This document shows positions 63,037 through 64,000 of a stretch of DNA of 64,000 nucleotides, piece by piece. Source of the stretch: Oculina patagonica (lineage: Eukaryota); the NCBI RefSeq assembly GCF_052425735.1, contig NC_135759.1, forward strand, positions 31,372,001 through 31,436,000, given 5' to 3'. Position numbers and translations under genes: made by a program. Under the pieces are notes generated by a model. It ran no database searches, had not been told where the DNA came from, and was given only the letters and a program-made list of their open reading frames with translations. Position 1 is the stretch's first letter, and every line of letters begins with the position of its first letter.

Positions 63037-64000
63037 GATAAAGTACTGCCTTGATGTCAATGTTCATGAACACTTATACATGTACAACCAACTTATTAGA
63101 TGAATAACATTTAAAGAAATGAATTTATATATTGTGACATTTATTTTATTATACATTTTAAATTTTTACTTGTAAATACCAAAATAACTTTTAGCATTTT
63201 AGATTTTTAGATATAATTTTCATTTCTTCCAGGATTTCAAGTAGTTAATGGACAAAATTATGTACCAAAAACATTTACTCCTCATTGCAAGTTTTTGTGT
63301 TACTGCTACAAATATCTTATCAAAAGAAAATCTTTTCTAACAACACCGAACATCGAAAAAATTTCTTAGTTCCACTGAATTGCTTAAAAGATGCGAACTT
63401 TTGCCTATAGCTTATAAACTTTGAATTTCATTTTCTCAGACTCTGACAAGAAATTGTTGTATCAAAATTATTTACACCTTATTGCAAACTTTTGTGTTAC
63501 TGCTTTAAATACCTTACCAAAAGAAATCTTTTTTAAAAGCACCAAACAGCAAAAACCAATTTTAAAGTTCCGCTAAATTCCACTGAAATATCGCTTAAAA
63601 ATGATTTTACAAAATGGCTACACATGAGATTTTGCCTATAGGTTGTGAACTTTGAAATTCATTTTCTGAGACTCTGATAAGAAATTGTTGTTGGTATTAT
63701 CACAGATAATTATGTACTTACATCTTTACCTTTTATCAAGGATAGGAAATAACGCAAAAGGATTTACATTATTCTATTAATCAATTTTTGTCCAACTTAA
63801 ATAAATATTACTTGACTTCCTCGTGGATTTCCATCTTAATTACTTTTAGAGATACACGTACACATAATTTTAAATGAGAACTCTTGTACTTCTTGGTGCT
63901 ATGTGTATAAATAAAATGTAATTTGATTTGATTTTGAATATGGAAAATATGTGAATAAACCTGTTTTTAACATTATACATTAAGCATATAATTTGAATTC

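Noticed and set aside
1-64000. CRISPR array, operons or prokaryotic defence systems
   Set aside because: The DNA is eukaryotic (GT-AG introns, SINEs) and I saw no repeat-spacer array.

Overview
Eukaryotic, AT-rich, intron-containing animal DNA; the gene content and repeat types suggest a cnidarian, probably a stony coral (inference). The ORF track misses most genes because they are spliced. From left to right: the 3' part of a VIAAT/SLC32-like amino-acid transporter with a 1-nt frameshift; two intronless, tail-to-tail class A peptide-type GPCR paralogues; a complete 4-exon secreted trypsin-like serine protease; a ~38-kb cluster of six complete secreted phospholipase A2 genes (labelled A-F here, reconstructed by hand from GT-AG exons, all with signal peptide, basic propeptide, Ca2+ loop, His48/Asp49/Asp99 and 14 Cys); and the last exon of a bHLH-Orange factor (clockwork-orange/DEC-like). 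Introns and spacers hold many MITEs, tRNA-derived SINEs, Crypton-like tyrosine-recombinase remnants with CTCG-punctuated terminal hairpins, and a 5.3-kb foldback element. There are two assembly gaps. All exon models and residue counts are manual and not validated by RNA data.
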